A DNA stretch of 64,000 nucleotides from an uncultured Acidobacteriaceae bacterium (lineage in GTDB: Bacteria > Acidobacteriota > Terriglobia > Terriglobales > Acidobacteriaceae). The stretch is from the NCBI GenBank assembly GCA_963791735.1, contig CAWBTR010000009.1, positions 51,765 to 115,764 on the forward strand, in the 5' to 3' direction. Of this stretch, positions 8,682 to 18,053 are shown in pieces (positions within the stretch are counted from its first letter, which is position 1; each line of letters begins with the position of its first letter). The position numbers were made by a program, and so were the translations under genes. The notes beneath the pieces were generated by a model. It made no database searches. It was not told the DNA's origin and worked only from the letters and a program-made list of their open reading frames with translations.

Positions 8682-11285
8682 ATGCCAGTGACTCTCCCCA
8701 AATTTGGCGCATCCCTCTGCCTCACAGCCTCCCTTCTGTTTGCAACGAGCAGGTTTTGCTCTGCGCAGAGCGTTCCCCAGCCCACAACGGCGACCACCGC
8801 AACCGAAACCTCCACTTCGTTGCCGGACGCGCCCGAGCCACACAACAACCCCACTCCCGCGTCGCCCCCACCGTCAAAACCTGAACCGATCACCCTCGCC
8901 GGCACTCCACGGAGAATCCTGCTCGACCAAAAGGCCATCTGGACCAGCCCGCTGCATGTTAAACCGGTGGACGGTGTGTGGCTGCTCCCCCTCGCCGCTG
9001 TGACCGGCACGATGATCGGCAGCGACCAACACACGATGACAGATCTGATCCGCATCAACCCCCACGATCAGCAGCACTTCAACACTATCTCGAACGCCGG
9101 CGTCGCCGCCTTGGGCTTCGCCCCCGCCACCATGTATCTGTGGAGCCTGGGCCACGACGCCCCGCAAGCACACGAGACCAGCCTCCTGACCGGCGAAGCG
9201 TTGGTCGACAGTCTGGCGGTCAGCGAAGCCATCCAGTTCGTCTCCCGCCGCGACCGCCCGGACGTGAACTTCGCAAAGGGCAGTTTCTTCAGCTCCAGTC
9301 CGCTCGACTCCTCCTTCCCCTCCAACCACGCCGCGGCAGCCTGGGCCATGGCCTCGGTTCTCGGTGATGAATACCCGGGCTGGCTCACGCGCACCGCCGT
9401 GTACGGATTGGCCACTGGCGTCAGCGTCAGCCGCGTCCTCGCAGAGCAGCACTTCCCCTCCGATGTCCTCGTCGGCAGCGCTGCGGGCTGGCTGATCGGC
9501 CACTATGTGTACCGGGCCCACCACAACTTCAGCCTGAACCCCTTCGACACGACACCCATGCCGGGCGAGTACGGCGCGCCACGCACCCGCACCGTGCCGC
9601 CATCGACTCTACACATCCCGCCCGACCCCATCGTCCCACGCCCACCTCGCCTTTTTCCAGACGATGTCGATCCCGACACCATTGGCTCTACCAACGTCCC
9701 AATGGACAGTTGGGTGTACCCAGCCCTGGAAAGACTGGGTGCCATGGGCTTTATCCCAACCCAGAGCTCCGCTATTCGGCCCTGGACCCGTCAGGAGTGC
9801 CTGCGGCAACTTCGCCAGGCAGAAGATCTGGCTGACCTGAAGGACGCCTACAGCCCGGGCTTGATTGCGGAAGCTCGCCTTCTCATAACCGATCTTCATA
9901 CCGAGTTCGAAACCGAGCCCAATTACTATGAGTCTCTGACCCTGCAGTCTGTCTACGCGCGATACGGAACGATCGCAGGCCCCGCTTTGCAGGACAGCTT
10001 CCACTTTGGCCAGACCTGGTGGAACGACTTCGGCCGCCCGCTGGGACGAGGCAGCAGCGCGATCGCCGGATATGAGATACGCGCCCACTCCGGACGCCTC
10101 TTCTTCTACAGTCGCGAGGAGTTACAGCACGGCCCCGGCAACCCGGCAGAGACACCTTCCCGGAATCAACTGATCAACACCATAGATACGCTGGTGGGCA
10201 ATCAGCCCTTCATAGAACCTGTGCCCGCTCGGTCGGCCTACGATCAGATGCGAGCGACTGAACTGTACGGAGGCTTTGCGTTCGCAGGGAATGAGCTCTC
10301 CCTGGGGAAACAGGAACTCTACTGGGGACCCACGACAATGGGAGCTCTAGCCTTCTCCAGCAACGCTGAACCAACGTACAATCTCCGATTTGTATCTACG
10401 CGTCCCCACCCGCTACCGTTTATCCCGTCGGTTGGAACTTACCGCTTCGACATCGTACTGGGCAAACTCTCTGGGCACAGCTACCCGGACCGGCCCTGGT
10501 ACAACGGTCAAAAGATGGCCTTCAACTTCGGAGACAATCTCGAAATCAGCTTTACTCGCTGGTCCATCTTCTGGGGTGTTGGACACCCCATTACGTTCCA
10601 CAGCTTCAAAGCCAACATCTTCAGCTTCAATTCGACTGGTGGAGGCACCACAGGGGAAGGAGGAAGCGCCGGCTATGGGGATCGGGACGATCCAGGCGAC
10701 CGTAAGAGCAACTTTGACTTCACCTATCGACTGCCGTTTCTCAGCCGTCTCGTCACTCTCTATGCTGACGCCTACTCCGATGATGATCCGAGCCCGATCG
10801 ATGCTCCCAGGCGAGCAGTCTGGAACCCCGGCATCTACTTTGCACGGCTACCCTTTCTGCAGCATATGGATCTGCGTGTCGAAGCAGTCAGCTCGGAAGG
10901 GCTTGCGCATGACTATGGCGGAACGCACTATTTCATCAATAATCAGTACATCGATGGCAATACGAACAAGGGCTTCCTGCTTGGGAATGCCATCGGTCGT
11001 GACAGCCGCGCGATTGAGGCTCGCACCAGCTACTGGTTTTCTGCCCGCACGCGAGTCGAAGCAGGCTATCGCCAGAACAAAACCAGCGCAATTTATCTTC
11101 CCGGCGGCGGTACGATCACAGATGGCTTTGTGAATGCCTCGTACGCCATCAATCGCCATTGGCAGGCACAGCTTTTCACCCAATACGAACGGTTCCTGGT
11201 TCCCTCGTACATTAGTGGGTCACAGCACAACACGAGCGGCTGGCTTGAGCTCACATGGTATCCAGAGTTGCACTTGCATCAATAG
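8682..11285 (+). CDS. PAP2 phosphatase domain fused to capsule-assembly Wzi-like outer-membrane domain
   Basis: Part of ORF 8676..11285, with ATG at 8682. The signal peptide is MPVTLPKFGASLCLTASLLFATSRFCSAQ. PAP2 motifs present: RRDRP, PSNH and SRVLAEQHFPSD. The downstream WVYPALERLGAMGFIPTQSSAIRPWTRQEC and the Tyr/Gly-rich beta-strand region ending WLELTWYPELHLHQ resemble Wzi. Confidence 0.7.
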   Translation: MPVTLPKFGASLCLTASLLFATSRFCSAQSVPQPTTATTATETSTSLPDAPEPHNNPTPASPPPSKPEPITLAGTPRRILLDQKAIWTSPLHVKPVDGVWLLPLAAVTGTMIGSDQHTMTDLIRINPHDQQHFNTISNAGVAALGFAPATMYLWSLGHDAPQAHETSLLTGEALVDSLAVSEAIQFVSRRDRPDVNFAKGSFFSSSPLDSSFPSNHAAAAWAMASVLGDEYPGWLTRTAVYGLATGVSVSRVLAEQHFPSDVLVGSAAGWLIGHYVYRAHHNFSLNPFDTTPMPGEYGAPRTRTVPPSTLHIPPDPIVPRPPRLFPDDVDPDTIGSTNVPMDSWVYPALERLGAMGFIPTQSSAIRPWTRQECLRQLRQAEDLADLKDAYSPGLIAEARLLITDLHTEFETEPNYYESLTLQSVYARYGTIAGPALQDSFHFGQTWWNDFGRPLGRGSSAIAGYEIRAHSGRLFFYSREELQHGPGNPAETPSRNQLINTIDTLVGNQPFIEPVPARSAYDQMRATELYGGFAFAGNELSLGKQELYWGPTTMGALAFSSNAEPTYNLRFVSTRPHPLPFIPSVGTYRFDIVLGKLSGHSYPDRPWYNGQKMAFNFGDNLEISFTRWSIFWGVGHPITFHSFKANIFSFNSTGGGTTGEGGSAGYGDRDDPGDRKSNFDFTYRLPFLSRLVTLYADAYSDDDPSPIDAPRRAVWNPGIYFARLPFLQHMDLRVEAVSSEGLAHDYGGTHYFINNQYIDGNTNKGFLLGNAIGRDSRAIEARTSYWFSARTRVEAGYRQNKTSAIYLPGGGTITDGFVNASYAINRHWQAQLFTQYERFLVPSYISGSQHNTSGWLELTWYPELHLHQ

Positions 11286-11337
11286 GGAAAATTCAAGACG
11301 CATCTTCAATCGCGGCTGGAAGGCACAGCGAACGATC

Positions 11338-12411
11338 TCAGTTTTCGCAATCTGCAGTCGGCTTCGAGTTGGCCTCTTCTTCGACCGGCTTGCGACGAGC
11401 GTAGATCAAGCCGGCCGCTACGCCCAGCACCTGCGCGCAGGCCCGAGCCGCGAGCAACACCGGTGAGAGTATTCCGACAACCGGATCTTTCCTGAACGCC
11501 CGCAGCGCAAATGGCAGCGTGCTTAGCAGAAAACCGGCAACGACAACCACCGACACAAGCACCCTCGGCCGCACGGTTAGATCGAAGGCCACCGCAAGCA
11601 ATAGCGCTGGCGCAAAAAGAAGCTGGAGCTTCATGATCTGCGGCGTATGGCTGTCTTTCACGCCTTTGCTCGGATTCTTGCGCACCGCAAGTACACGCCA
11701 GAAGGCGAACTTGTATTTCTTCTTCAGGTAACGCGACAGCGTGTCGGGATGCGTGTGGTAGACGATTGCCGCGGGAACGAACTTCATCTTCCAGCCGCGG
11801 GCCGACATGCGGTAGGAGAGTTCGATGTCCTCGGCACATGCCACGGGAAAGGAGGTGTCATATCCAGTCATCTCAAGAAACCGGTCGCGGCGAAAGGCGG
11901 CGGAATAGGTGTCAATAAAATCGATGCTGGGAAGGCCCGCCATCAGGCGGTATTTGTCTTCGTACTCAATCTGCACAAACCTCGCAGTCAGACTTTTTTG
12001 GTGGGTACGGTAGACGCCCTTTGCTCCGATGACGTCCTGGTCTTTGAAAGGCCCAAGCATCGCCTCCAGCCAGTCCGGCATCGGTACGCAGTCGTCGTCG
12101 GTGAACAGCAGAATCGTTCCCCGCGCCTCCAGCGCCCCACGGTTCCGCGCCGAGGCGGGCCCTGCATTTCCCTGGTTAATCAGGCGAACGGAAGAATAGC
12201 CCGCGACCACCTTCGCAGTGTTATCAGTTGAGCCGTCGTCAACGACCAGAATCTCAACGTCTCGGCCTGCCGTCTGCTTCATTAAGGAGTCAAGGCAACT
12301 TACAATGCGAGAGGCGCCATTGAACGTCGGAATGATGATCGACGCTGACCTGACTTCGATCGAAACTCCGCCCGGCGCCTCCGGCACTGCATGCTGCTTT
12401 GAGTCACTCAT
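11338..12411 (-). CDS. Family 2 glycosyltransferase with C-terminal transmembrane segments
   Basis: IIIPTFNGASRIVSCLDSLMKQTAGRDVEILVVDDGSTDNT, a DDD motif (FTDDDCVP), AEDIELSYR, and two to three hydrophobic helices at the C-terminus. The gene starts 8 nt after the stop of the radical SAM gene. Confidence 0.85.
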   Translation of the reverse strand: MSDSKQHAVPEAPGGVSIEVRSASIIIPTFNGASRIVSCLDSLMKQTAGRDVEILVVDDGSTDNTAKVVAGYSSVRLINQGNAGPASARNRGALEARGTILLFTDDDCVPMPDWLEAMLGPFKDQDVIGAKGVYRTHQKSLTARFVQIEYEDKYRLMAGLPSIDFIDTYSAAFRRDRFLEMTGYDTSFPVACAEDIELSYRMSARGWKMKFVPAAIVYHTHPDTLSRYLKKKYKFAFWRVLAVRKNPSKGVKDSHTPQIMKLQLLFAPALLLAVAFDLTVRPRVLVSVVVVAGFLLSTLPFALRAFRKDPVVGILSPVLLAARACAQVLGVAAGLIYARRKPVEEEANSKPTADCEN

Positions 12412-12419
12412 GAATCGAG

Positions 12420-13961
12420 TTATACCGTTGCTCCCTGGGGCTTGGTCGGAGTTGCGGTTTTATCCGGAATTGCGTTCTTATCGTGTTCGCTTCCACGAAG
12501 CAGATACTTCGACAGCGTAATAAAGCCTTTGACGTTGCGTTGCAATTCCCGGCGATCCATCAGGGATTGCTTCAACTTGTAGGCCAGGTAGGACGGCGCG
12601 AGATAGAAACTCCGCCGCGCCTTGTCGCAAAAGCTGACCAATTGCTCGTGTGTGATGTTCGGCAGAGTGACGACGCTGTTATGAAGGCCGTCCTTGGTCA
12701 ACCACGCGCCCCAATCCTCAATCTGGATGTACTCCCGCTTCTTGGCCTCCTGATACGCGACCGTACCGGGATAAACCATGATGGGAAAGAACTGCGCCGT
12801 ATCGGGCCGAAGCTTCTTGGCGAAACTCAGCGTCTTTTCCATGCTGGCCGGCGTTTCATTCAGGTTGCCGACCATGAAGCAGCCATGCACCATGATGCCC
12901 GCATCCTGGCAACGGCGGACGAACTTGTGCGCCTCTTCGTGATACTTCGCGTCGCGGCGGTCATCATTGTTCTTCTTCATGCCATTGATGACTTCAACAT
13001 CACCGCTCTCGAAGCCAACGCAGAACAGCCGAGCTCCGGCCTTGTGCAGCGTTGAAAGCAGTTCCCCTTCGGCGCCGATGTCGGCGCGGCAGTTGGCATC
13101 AAATGGAAGCTTGTTGCCGCGGCGGATCAGTTCATTCGCCAGTTCGAGCGTTCGGGGCTTGTTGACGATAAACGTATCGTCTTCAAGCATGACCGTCTTG
13201 ATCTCAGGCATCTCACGCGAGACGAAATCGAACTCATCGGCTACGTTGGCCACCGACCGGTAGCGCATGGTGTGTCCGCTGAAGGTCTGAGGATAGACGC
13301 AGAACGAGCAGTGATACGGGCAACCACGGCTGGTGTCGAAGACCACCAGCGGCCACAACGAGTGACCATAGAAGTAGTCAGGCGTGTGCAGAAAACGCTT
13401 GTACACTTCGGATACGAAGGGCAGCTCATCGAGGTCCTTAATAGCTTCGCGCTGCTTGTTGCTGATGATCTCTCCGGTTGCACTGCGCCAAACCAGGCCG
13501 TCGACCGTGGAGAGATCCGCGCCGCATGCCTTCGCTGCCAGCCAATCGCGCACCGTGTATTCATACTCGCGAATGGCCACAGCCTCCAGTGAGGGCGACA
13601 TAGCAAGCGTCTCTTTTGGAAGGGACGACACATGGCGACCGACCATCAGCACATGCAAGGAGGGATTCGCTGCGACCATGGCCTCGACAACACTGATGTC
13701 GTTGAGAATGCTGGGGGTCGAAGTATCGCAGACCACCGCTTCAATGTTCTTCGCTGCAATCCGGTCGATCACCGCCTGCACCGAGAAACCGCCGGCAGGA
13801 GCATCAACTAAGTCAACATCGTGGCCATTCTTAATGGCAACTCCAGCGGCAGTGGCCAGCCATTTGGGATAGTACAGCGTCCCGCTCTTGGTCACGGCCG
13901 GGCTGCGCTGTTCCCGGGAAAATCGAGGGTGAAAGGGCGGATTGAGGAAGAGAACGCGCAT
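12420..13961 (-). CDS. B12-binding domain radical SAM protein
   Basis: The N-terminal MRVLFLNPPF...YYPKWLATAAGVAIKNGHDVDLVDAP looks like a cobalamin-binding Rossmann-like domain. SRGCPYHCSFCVYP is the CxxxCxxC radical SAM cluster motif. Confidence 0.85.
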   Translation of the reverse strand: MRVLFLNPPFHPRFSREQRSPAVTKSGTLYYPKWLATAAGVAIKNGHDVDLVDAPAGGFSVQAVIDRIAAKNIEAVVCDTSTPSILNDISVVEAMVAANPSLHVLMVGRHVSSLPKETLAMSPSLEAVAIREYEYTVRDWLAAKACGADLSTVDGLVWRSATGEIISNKQREAIKDLDELPFVSEVYKRFLHTPDYFYGHSLWPLVVFDTSRGCPYHCSFCVYPQTFSGHTMRYRSVANVADEFDFVSREMPEIKTVMLEDDTFIVNKPRTLELANELIRRGNKLPFDANCRADIGAEGELLSTLHKAGARLFCVGFESGDVEVINGMKKNNDDRRDAKYHEEAHKFVRRCQDAGIMVHGCFMVGNLNETPASMEKTLSFAKKLRPDTAQFFPIMVYPGTVAYQEAKKREYIQIEDWGAWLTKDGLHNSVVTLPNITHEQLVSFCDKARRSFYLAPSYLAYKLKQSLMDRRELQRNVKGFITLSKYLLRGSEHDKNAIPDKTATPTKPQGATV

Positions 13962-14142
13962 TAAGTAAGGTCTCCGTCGATCTTGATTAGATCACATTTC
14001 CATTATAGCGATGTTGAGCCTTCTGACCCTGGGAAGGAGTGTCGAAAGCGCAGAATCGGCAGATCTTTTCCCGTTTCAGGTCAGCATCTCTCCATATCGA
14101 CCCAGGTCTGCGAGTAAAGTCGCATGGAATCGAATGACCTCA

Positions 14143-15297
14143 CTACAAGACAGCTAAGACCTTGCCATCGGATAAGCAGCGTTCGTCCGGAAGGACAATC
14201 CGCCAAGGGCTCAATTTCCCCAACGCTCGCTCGCTGAGCAGTTGGTCCAACTCGCGAAGTACAATCTCTGGCGTTACCTGGTGCATGCATCCGTTGAATT
14301 GGCACGGCGCGAAATCGCGGCCATCGTAGCAAGGCCGGCAAGCAAAGCCCTGCCCACCCCATATCCCCACCGCAAGAGGTCTCCTCGGAACACGCGTAGC
14401 AGGATCAGTGGGCCCAAATATTCCTATAAGGCACGTAGCGCTCAAACCAGCCAAATGCAACGGACCGGTATCGTGAGTGATCACAGCGTCGCACGCGTCG
14501 CATGCGTTAATCACTTCCGGAAGCGATAGTTTACCGATGCAATCCGTAACTGCGAGTTGCTCGAAATAGGGCCTGACCCAAATGTCCTCGGGCCCTCCTA
14601 GCAAAACAACCTCCCGGCCCCGATCAGCCAGACGACGCGCCAACGTCACATAACTCTCTACAGGCCACCTGCGCAAAACCTGTTCCGGCAACTGACCCGT
14701 AGCCTGCTCTCGGATTAGATGGTTGCCGCCGCCAGGGAAGATAGCAATGCGTTGGGGCGTACTCTTGGTTTGCCACTCGGATGGCGGCAAACGATCCGGG
14801 CGAACTGGCGAAATGCTTTGCTCTCGGTAACCGTCCTCCGTCCCAAGAAGCACGCGAGCATATTCATCGGTATGGTGACGCCCTGCGAGTAAAGTCATCT
14901 CCCGTGACTTCCGGGTGAGCGCCAATTTACGGCGGGCTCGAATTGGCAACGTCAGAAGGCGGTAACGTCTGTCGTAGTACAATGTCGCACAAAGATCATA
15001 CTTCTTGAAACCAATCTTGCTCCAAAGGCGAACAATATTCTTGATTCGCTCGGGGGATCTTCCGAGAAGTATTGCCTTGTCATCCACGGGTATCACGTTT
15101 AGCCACGAGTAGCACGCAAGCAGCGGTTGAACAGCTCTACCGCACGCCCAATGGACATCGAATCCCTGCTGGGAGAGTGCGTACGCCGCCGGGATGGCCA
15201 TAATCACGTCCCCGATTGCGCCGAACTTCACAATAAGAGCACGCTTGCACGAGCACGCGTTTGATTTTAGATCCACATCAAATCCCGTTGGTAACAT
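14143..15297 (-). CDS. Family 9 glycosyltransferase (heptosyltransferase-like)
   Basis: ALIVKFGAIGDVIMAIPA near the N-terminus and THDTGPLHLAGLSATCLIGIFGPTDP near the C-terminus are GT9 hallmarks. Confidence 0.8.
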   Translation of the reverse strand: MLPTGFDVDLKSNACSCKRALIVKFGAIGDVIMAIPAAYALSQQGFDVHWACGRAVQPLLACYSWLNVIPVDDKAILLGRSPERIKNIVRLWSKIGFKKYDLCATLYYDRRYRLLTLPIRARRKLALTRKSREMTLLAGRHHTDEYARVLLGTEDGYREQSISPVRPDRLPPSEWQTKSTPQRIAIFPGGGNHLIREQATGQLPEQVLRRWPVESYVTLARRLADRGREVVLLGGPEDIWVRPYFEQLAVTDCIGKLSLPEVINACDACDAVITHDTGPLHLAGLSATCLIGIFGPTDPATRVPRRPLAVGIWGGQGFACRPCYDGRDFAPCQFNGCMHQVTPEIVLRELDQLLSERALGKLSPWRIVLPDERCLSDGKVLAVL

Positions 15298-15565
15298 TCA
15301 GAGACGGTTTTGCAACTATGGCCATTCGGAACTAGACATAGATGCATATACAACACCTTAACCGGTTTAACGTCGACAAAACACGCTCTCCAGATCCGAG
15401 GATATACCATTGCTCTCTTCCCGATAAGCCAGCCTCGTGATCAGACGGGTGGCCGCGACAGAATTTGCATCGACGATAAAGACCTACATCGATCCTTTAT
15501 TTGTCAGGCAGGTCAAACGCACGCCGATGACATCCTCAGCACTCGACTTCATCACCGGAGGCTCC

Positions 15566-16285
15566 ATGCAAAAGATACTTCATGCAACCCTGCTTTTGGT
15601 CGCAGCTGTCGGCGCGTCACATGCCCAGACTGCCATGATGCCGTGCACAAATTGCGGCTGGCAAGACCATGAGTCTTCGGCGACCGGAACACTGACCGCA
15701 CAGCCTGTGAACGGCGTTCAGAACGCTGCGTCTTTTTCCGGTCCGGACATCGGGGCAAAAATCAACGCGGCAATCGCAAACCTGCCAAACGGATGTGGCG
15801 AAGTGGTTGTCCCATCTGGGATTTACAACCAAACCACGACGATTATCAAGTCGCGATGTACCACCTTACATGGCGAGAGCGCATTCGGAACCACCTTGAC
15901 TTGGACGCCCACAGGCGGAACGGCCATGGTGTCTGAAGACTCGGCAGGGGTCAATAATTACCCGGAAGGAGAAGTGGCCGATATTACGTTGAATGGCCCT
16001 GGAATCTCAACGCCGACAATCGGCACATACATCGGCGGCGATCCAACGGGCTCAACCATATCCGTCTATTTCAATGGAGTGCCCTGCAAAGGTACCCATA
16101 CGCCAGAAGGGTGCCCGATTCTTCCCATCCCGTCGACCGCTTATGCCGATCATCAGAATTTCAACCGGGTGAGGATTCTGAGTTTCGGAACTGCCGTCCA
16201 ATGGGGTATGAATGCATGGTCGACCACCATTTCGCAGAGCCTCATCTCCAATAATGGAGTAGGACTTTATTTTCCCGCCTTTTAA
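15566..16285 (+). CDS. Secreted right-handed beta-helix (pectate-lyase/tailspike-like) protein, N-terminal half of a split gene
   Basis: Part of ORF 15437..16285; ATG 15566 follows GGAG. The signal peptide is MQKILHATLLLVAAVGASHAQ. GPDIGAKINAAIANLPNGCGEVVVPSGIYNQTTTI resembles the start of pectate_lyase_3-type beta-helices. The ORF ends in a repeat, ...SLISNNGVGLYFPAF. Confidence 0.55.
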   Translation: MQKILHATLLLVAAVGASHAQTAMMPCTNCGWQDHESSATGTLTAQPVNGVQNAASFSGPDIGAKINAAIANLPNGCGEVVVPSGIYNQTTTIIKSRCTTLHGESAFGTTLTWTPTGGTAMVSEDSAGVNNYPEGEVADITLNGPGISTPTIGTYIGGDPTGSTISVYFNGVPCKGTHTPEGCPILPIPSTAYADHQNFNRVRILSFGTAVQWGMNAWSTTISQSLISNNGVGLYFPAF

Positions 16286-16313
16286 GGGGGGTACAGGCAA
16301 TTCGGGCGAGTCA

Positions 16314-17165
16314 ATGAGTGTTGTAAGCACCAGAATTCAGAACAATCAGACCGGTATGAATCTAGTCGGATTCTCCGATTTCTATTTCTACGGCGGAAGT
16401 TGTGACTACAACACCACCACTTGCGGCAATGTGAACGCCGCGCACTTCTATGGAGAACATTTCGAGCAGTCCTCAGGAATCATTCTTACGATAACCGGGA
16501 ATTCGCAGCCACATGTAGAGCTGTTCGGTGGTTGGGCACAGCTCTCCGCAACTACTGGGACGGACCCGCAGATGTTCTACGTAAACTCGACGCTCAACCC
16601 CTTATTCAAGATGGACGGAACCTTTATTCTTGCTAGCCATCGCGTCACGAATGTTGTGAACTGGAATGGAAGCGGAGGAAGCGCGTCGCTGATTATAAGG
16701 GACCTGCCTTACTACATTCCAGGAGGGAATATTGCCTCGCTTACCAACGCCACTTGCAACTTCTGGGGTTGTCGCATTCACGATGGGCAGGGTAATTTTG
16801 CATTCAGCGGTCAACATGCCCAGGTCTTGATGAATGGAGCGGCCTTATTCCTCACGGTGACAACTGGCACTGGCTCGTCACCAGGCGCCTCAATTGGGAC
16901 TGTTGGTGGGTTTGCCGAAGTGCGAGGCAACAGCACAGGGCTCCGGTTGGATCCGACCGACGGAAGAAGTACGACTCCGATCTACTTCACTAATGGCACT
17001 CTCAATGCGACTGGAGTGAGCGTCGTAGGCGGCTCATACGCTCCCGCGGCATCTACATCGGCACCGACCGGTAGCTGTACTGTCGCAGGTACGCTTGAGA
17101 TAACTGCGGACGGTCATGCCACCTATTGCAAGGCTGGCACACTGATCTGGACAACCTTGTACTGA
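16314..17165 (+). CDS. C-terminal half of the same beta-helix protein (other frame)
   Basis: This frame is already open from 16263. The sequence continues the beta-helix rungs (IQNNQTGMNLVGFSDFYFYGGSCDYN...). It has no signal peptide or SD of its own. See the finding on the frame change at 16263-16291. Confidence 0.5.
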   Translation: MSVVSTRIQNNQTGMNLVGFSDFYFYGGSCDYNTTTCGNVNAAHFYGEHFEQSSGIILTITGNSQPHVELFGGWAQLSATTGTDPQMFYVNSTLNPLFKMDGTFILASHRVTNVVNWNGSGGSASLIIRDLPYYIPGGNIASLTNATCNFWGCRIHDGQGNFAFSGQHAQVLMNGAALFLTVTTGTGSSPGASIGTVGGFAEVRGNSTGLRLDPTDGRSTTPIYFTNGTLNATGVSVVGGSYAPAASTSAPTGSCTVAGTLEITADGHATYCKAGTLIWTTLY

Positions 17166-17226
17166 TACTTAACGATCAGCGCACGCTACGCTATTCGCAA
17201 TAGCTGCGAATTCCATGGACTGCGTT

Positions 17227-17889
17227 TCAACTTGGCTTACGTTGGCCGAACACGTGGTCTTCAAATCCGAGGATGTACCAGAGCCCTTTGCAGGAGAGCC
17301 TGCCAGTGACTAAACGCTTCAGAAATGCCCAAGGAAGAATCGCAGCGCCGAGGAGCGTTCTTACTAGATCTCTTGAACGACCAGCATGGAGAACCTTGAC
17401 CCCGTTCGCCAGAAGAATATTCGAAACCTCGCGAACATCCGGAACATAGACATGTGTAGGGTCATCACAAAATTGCAGTGTCCCCTCCGCTGATGGTAAG
17501 GACAAACTCCGCAATGAAGGGAAGGCAATCCAGATATATCCTCCAGGTCTCAATTTGGAGCAGATGGTAGCGAGAATCGGCGCCTGCGCATCCATATGTT
17601 CGACAACATGATGGAGAATGACGAAATCATAGCTACTATCCGGGATCGCCGAGTAGCCCGAACCGTCAATACCGAGGGGATAGAAAGTGTCCATTGCCGC
17701 AGTGTCTTCCTCGCTGAGGTTATATTGTGCGATATCTGCACCCGAGTAATGACATCCTGGAAACCAACGTTTAGTGGTGGTTGGTGAGTTGTTTCCGCAA
17801 CCAATATCCAAAATTCGCGGGGACTGCACAGACGGCCTGCGCCGGAAAAACAGAAATTTTGTCGGACAGACGTGCATTGCAATTCGCAC
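17227..17889 (-). CDS. Class I SAM-dependent methyltransferase
   Basis: ILDIGCGNNS (motif I), YDFVILHHVVEHM, LRPGGYIWIAFP. Confidence 0.75.
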   Translation of the reverse strand: MRIAMHVCPTKFLFFRRRPSVQSPRILDIGCGNNSPTTTKRWFPGCHYSGADIAQYNLSEEDTAAMDTFYPLGIDGSGYSAIPDSSYDFVILHHVVEHMDAQAPILATICSKLRPGGYIWIAFPSLRSLSLPSAEGTLQFCDDPTHVYVPDVREVSNILLANGVKVLHAGRSRDLVRTLLGAAILPWAFLKRLVTGRLSCKGLWYILGFEDHVFGQRKPS

Positions 17890-18053
17890 TAATTTAACCC
17901 CTTTTCATGGCTTTTGATGACTCATTTAGAAGAAGTGATCGTAACACGAGTGAAGGGCGCAGCCACAGACTGAGACTCAGATCCCCATAGCTTTGACAAA
18001 CGCGAGCCCTGCAAATGTCGATCGACGACGACGATCCTATAGCCATGAACCAA

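Noticed and set aside
8511-9058. Minus-strand ORFs 8511..8843 and 8654..9058
   Set aside because: Both are Gly/Arg/Cys-rich and antisense to the PAP2-Wzi gene start and its leader. There is no domain signal.
12420-13961. Naming the radical SAM / GT2 pair as hopanoid genes hpnJ / hpnI
   Set aside because: Only the architecture and the N-terminal pattern are similar. No hpnK, shc, hpnH or other hopanoid genes are nearby, and I cannot verify orthology without a search. I kept it as a hypothesis in the findings.
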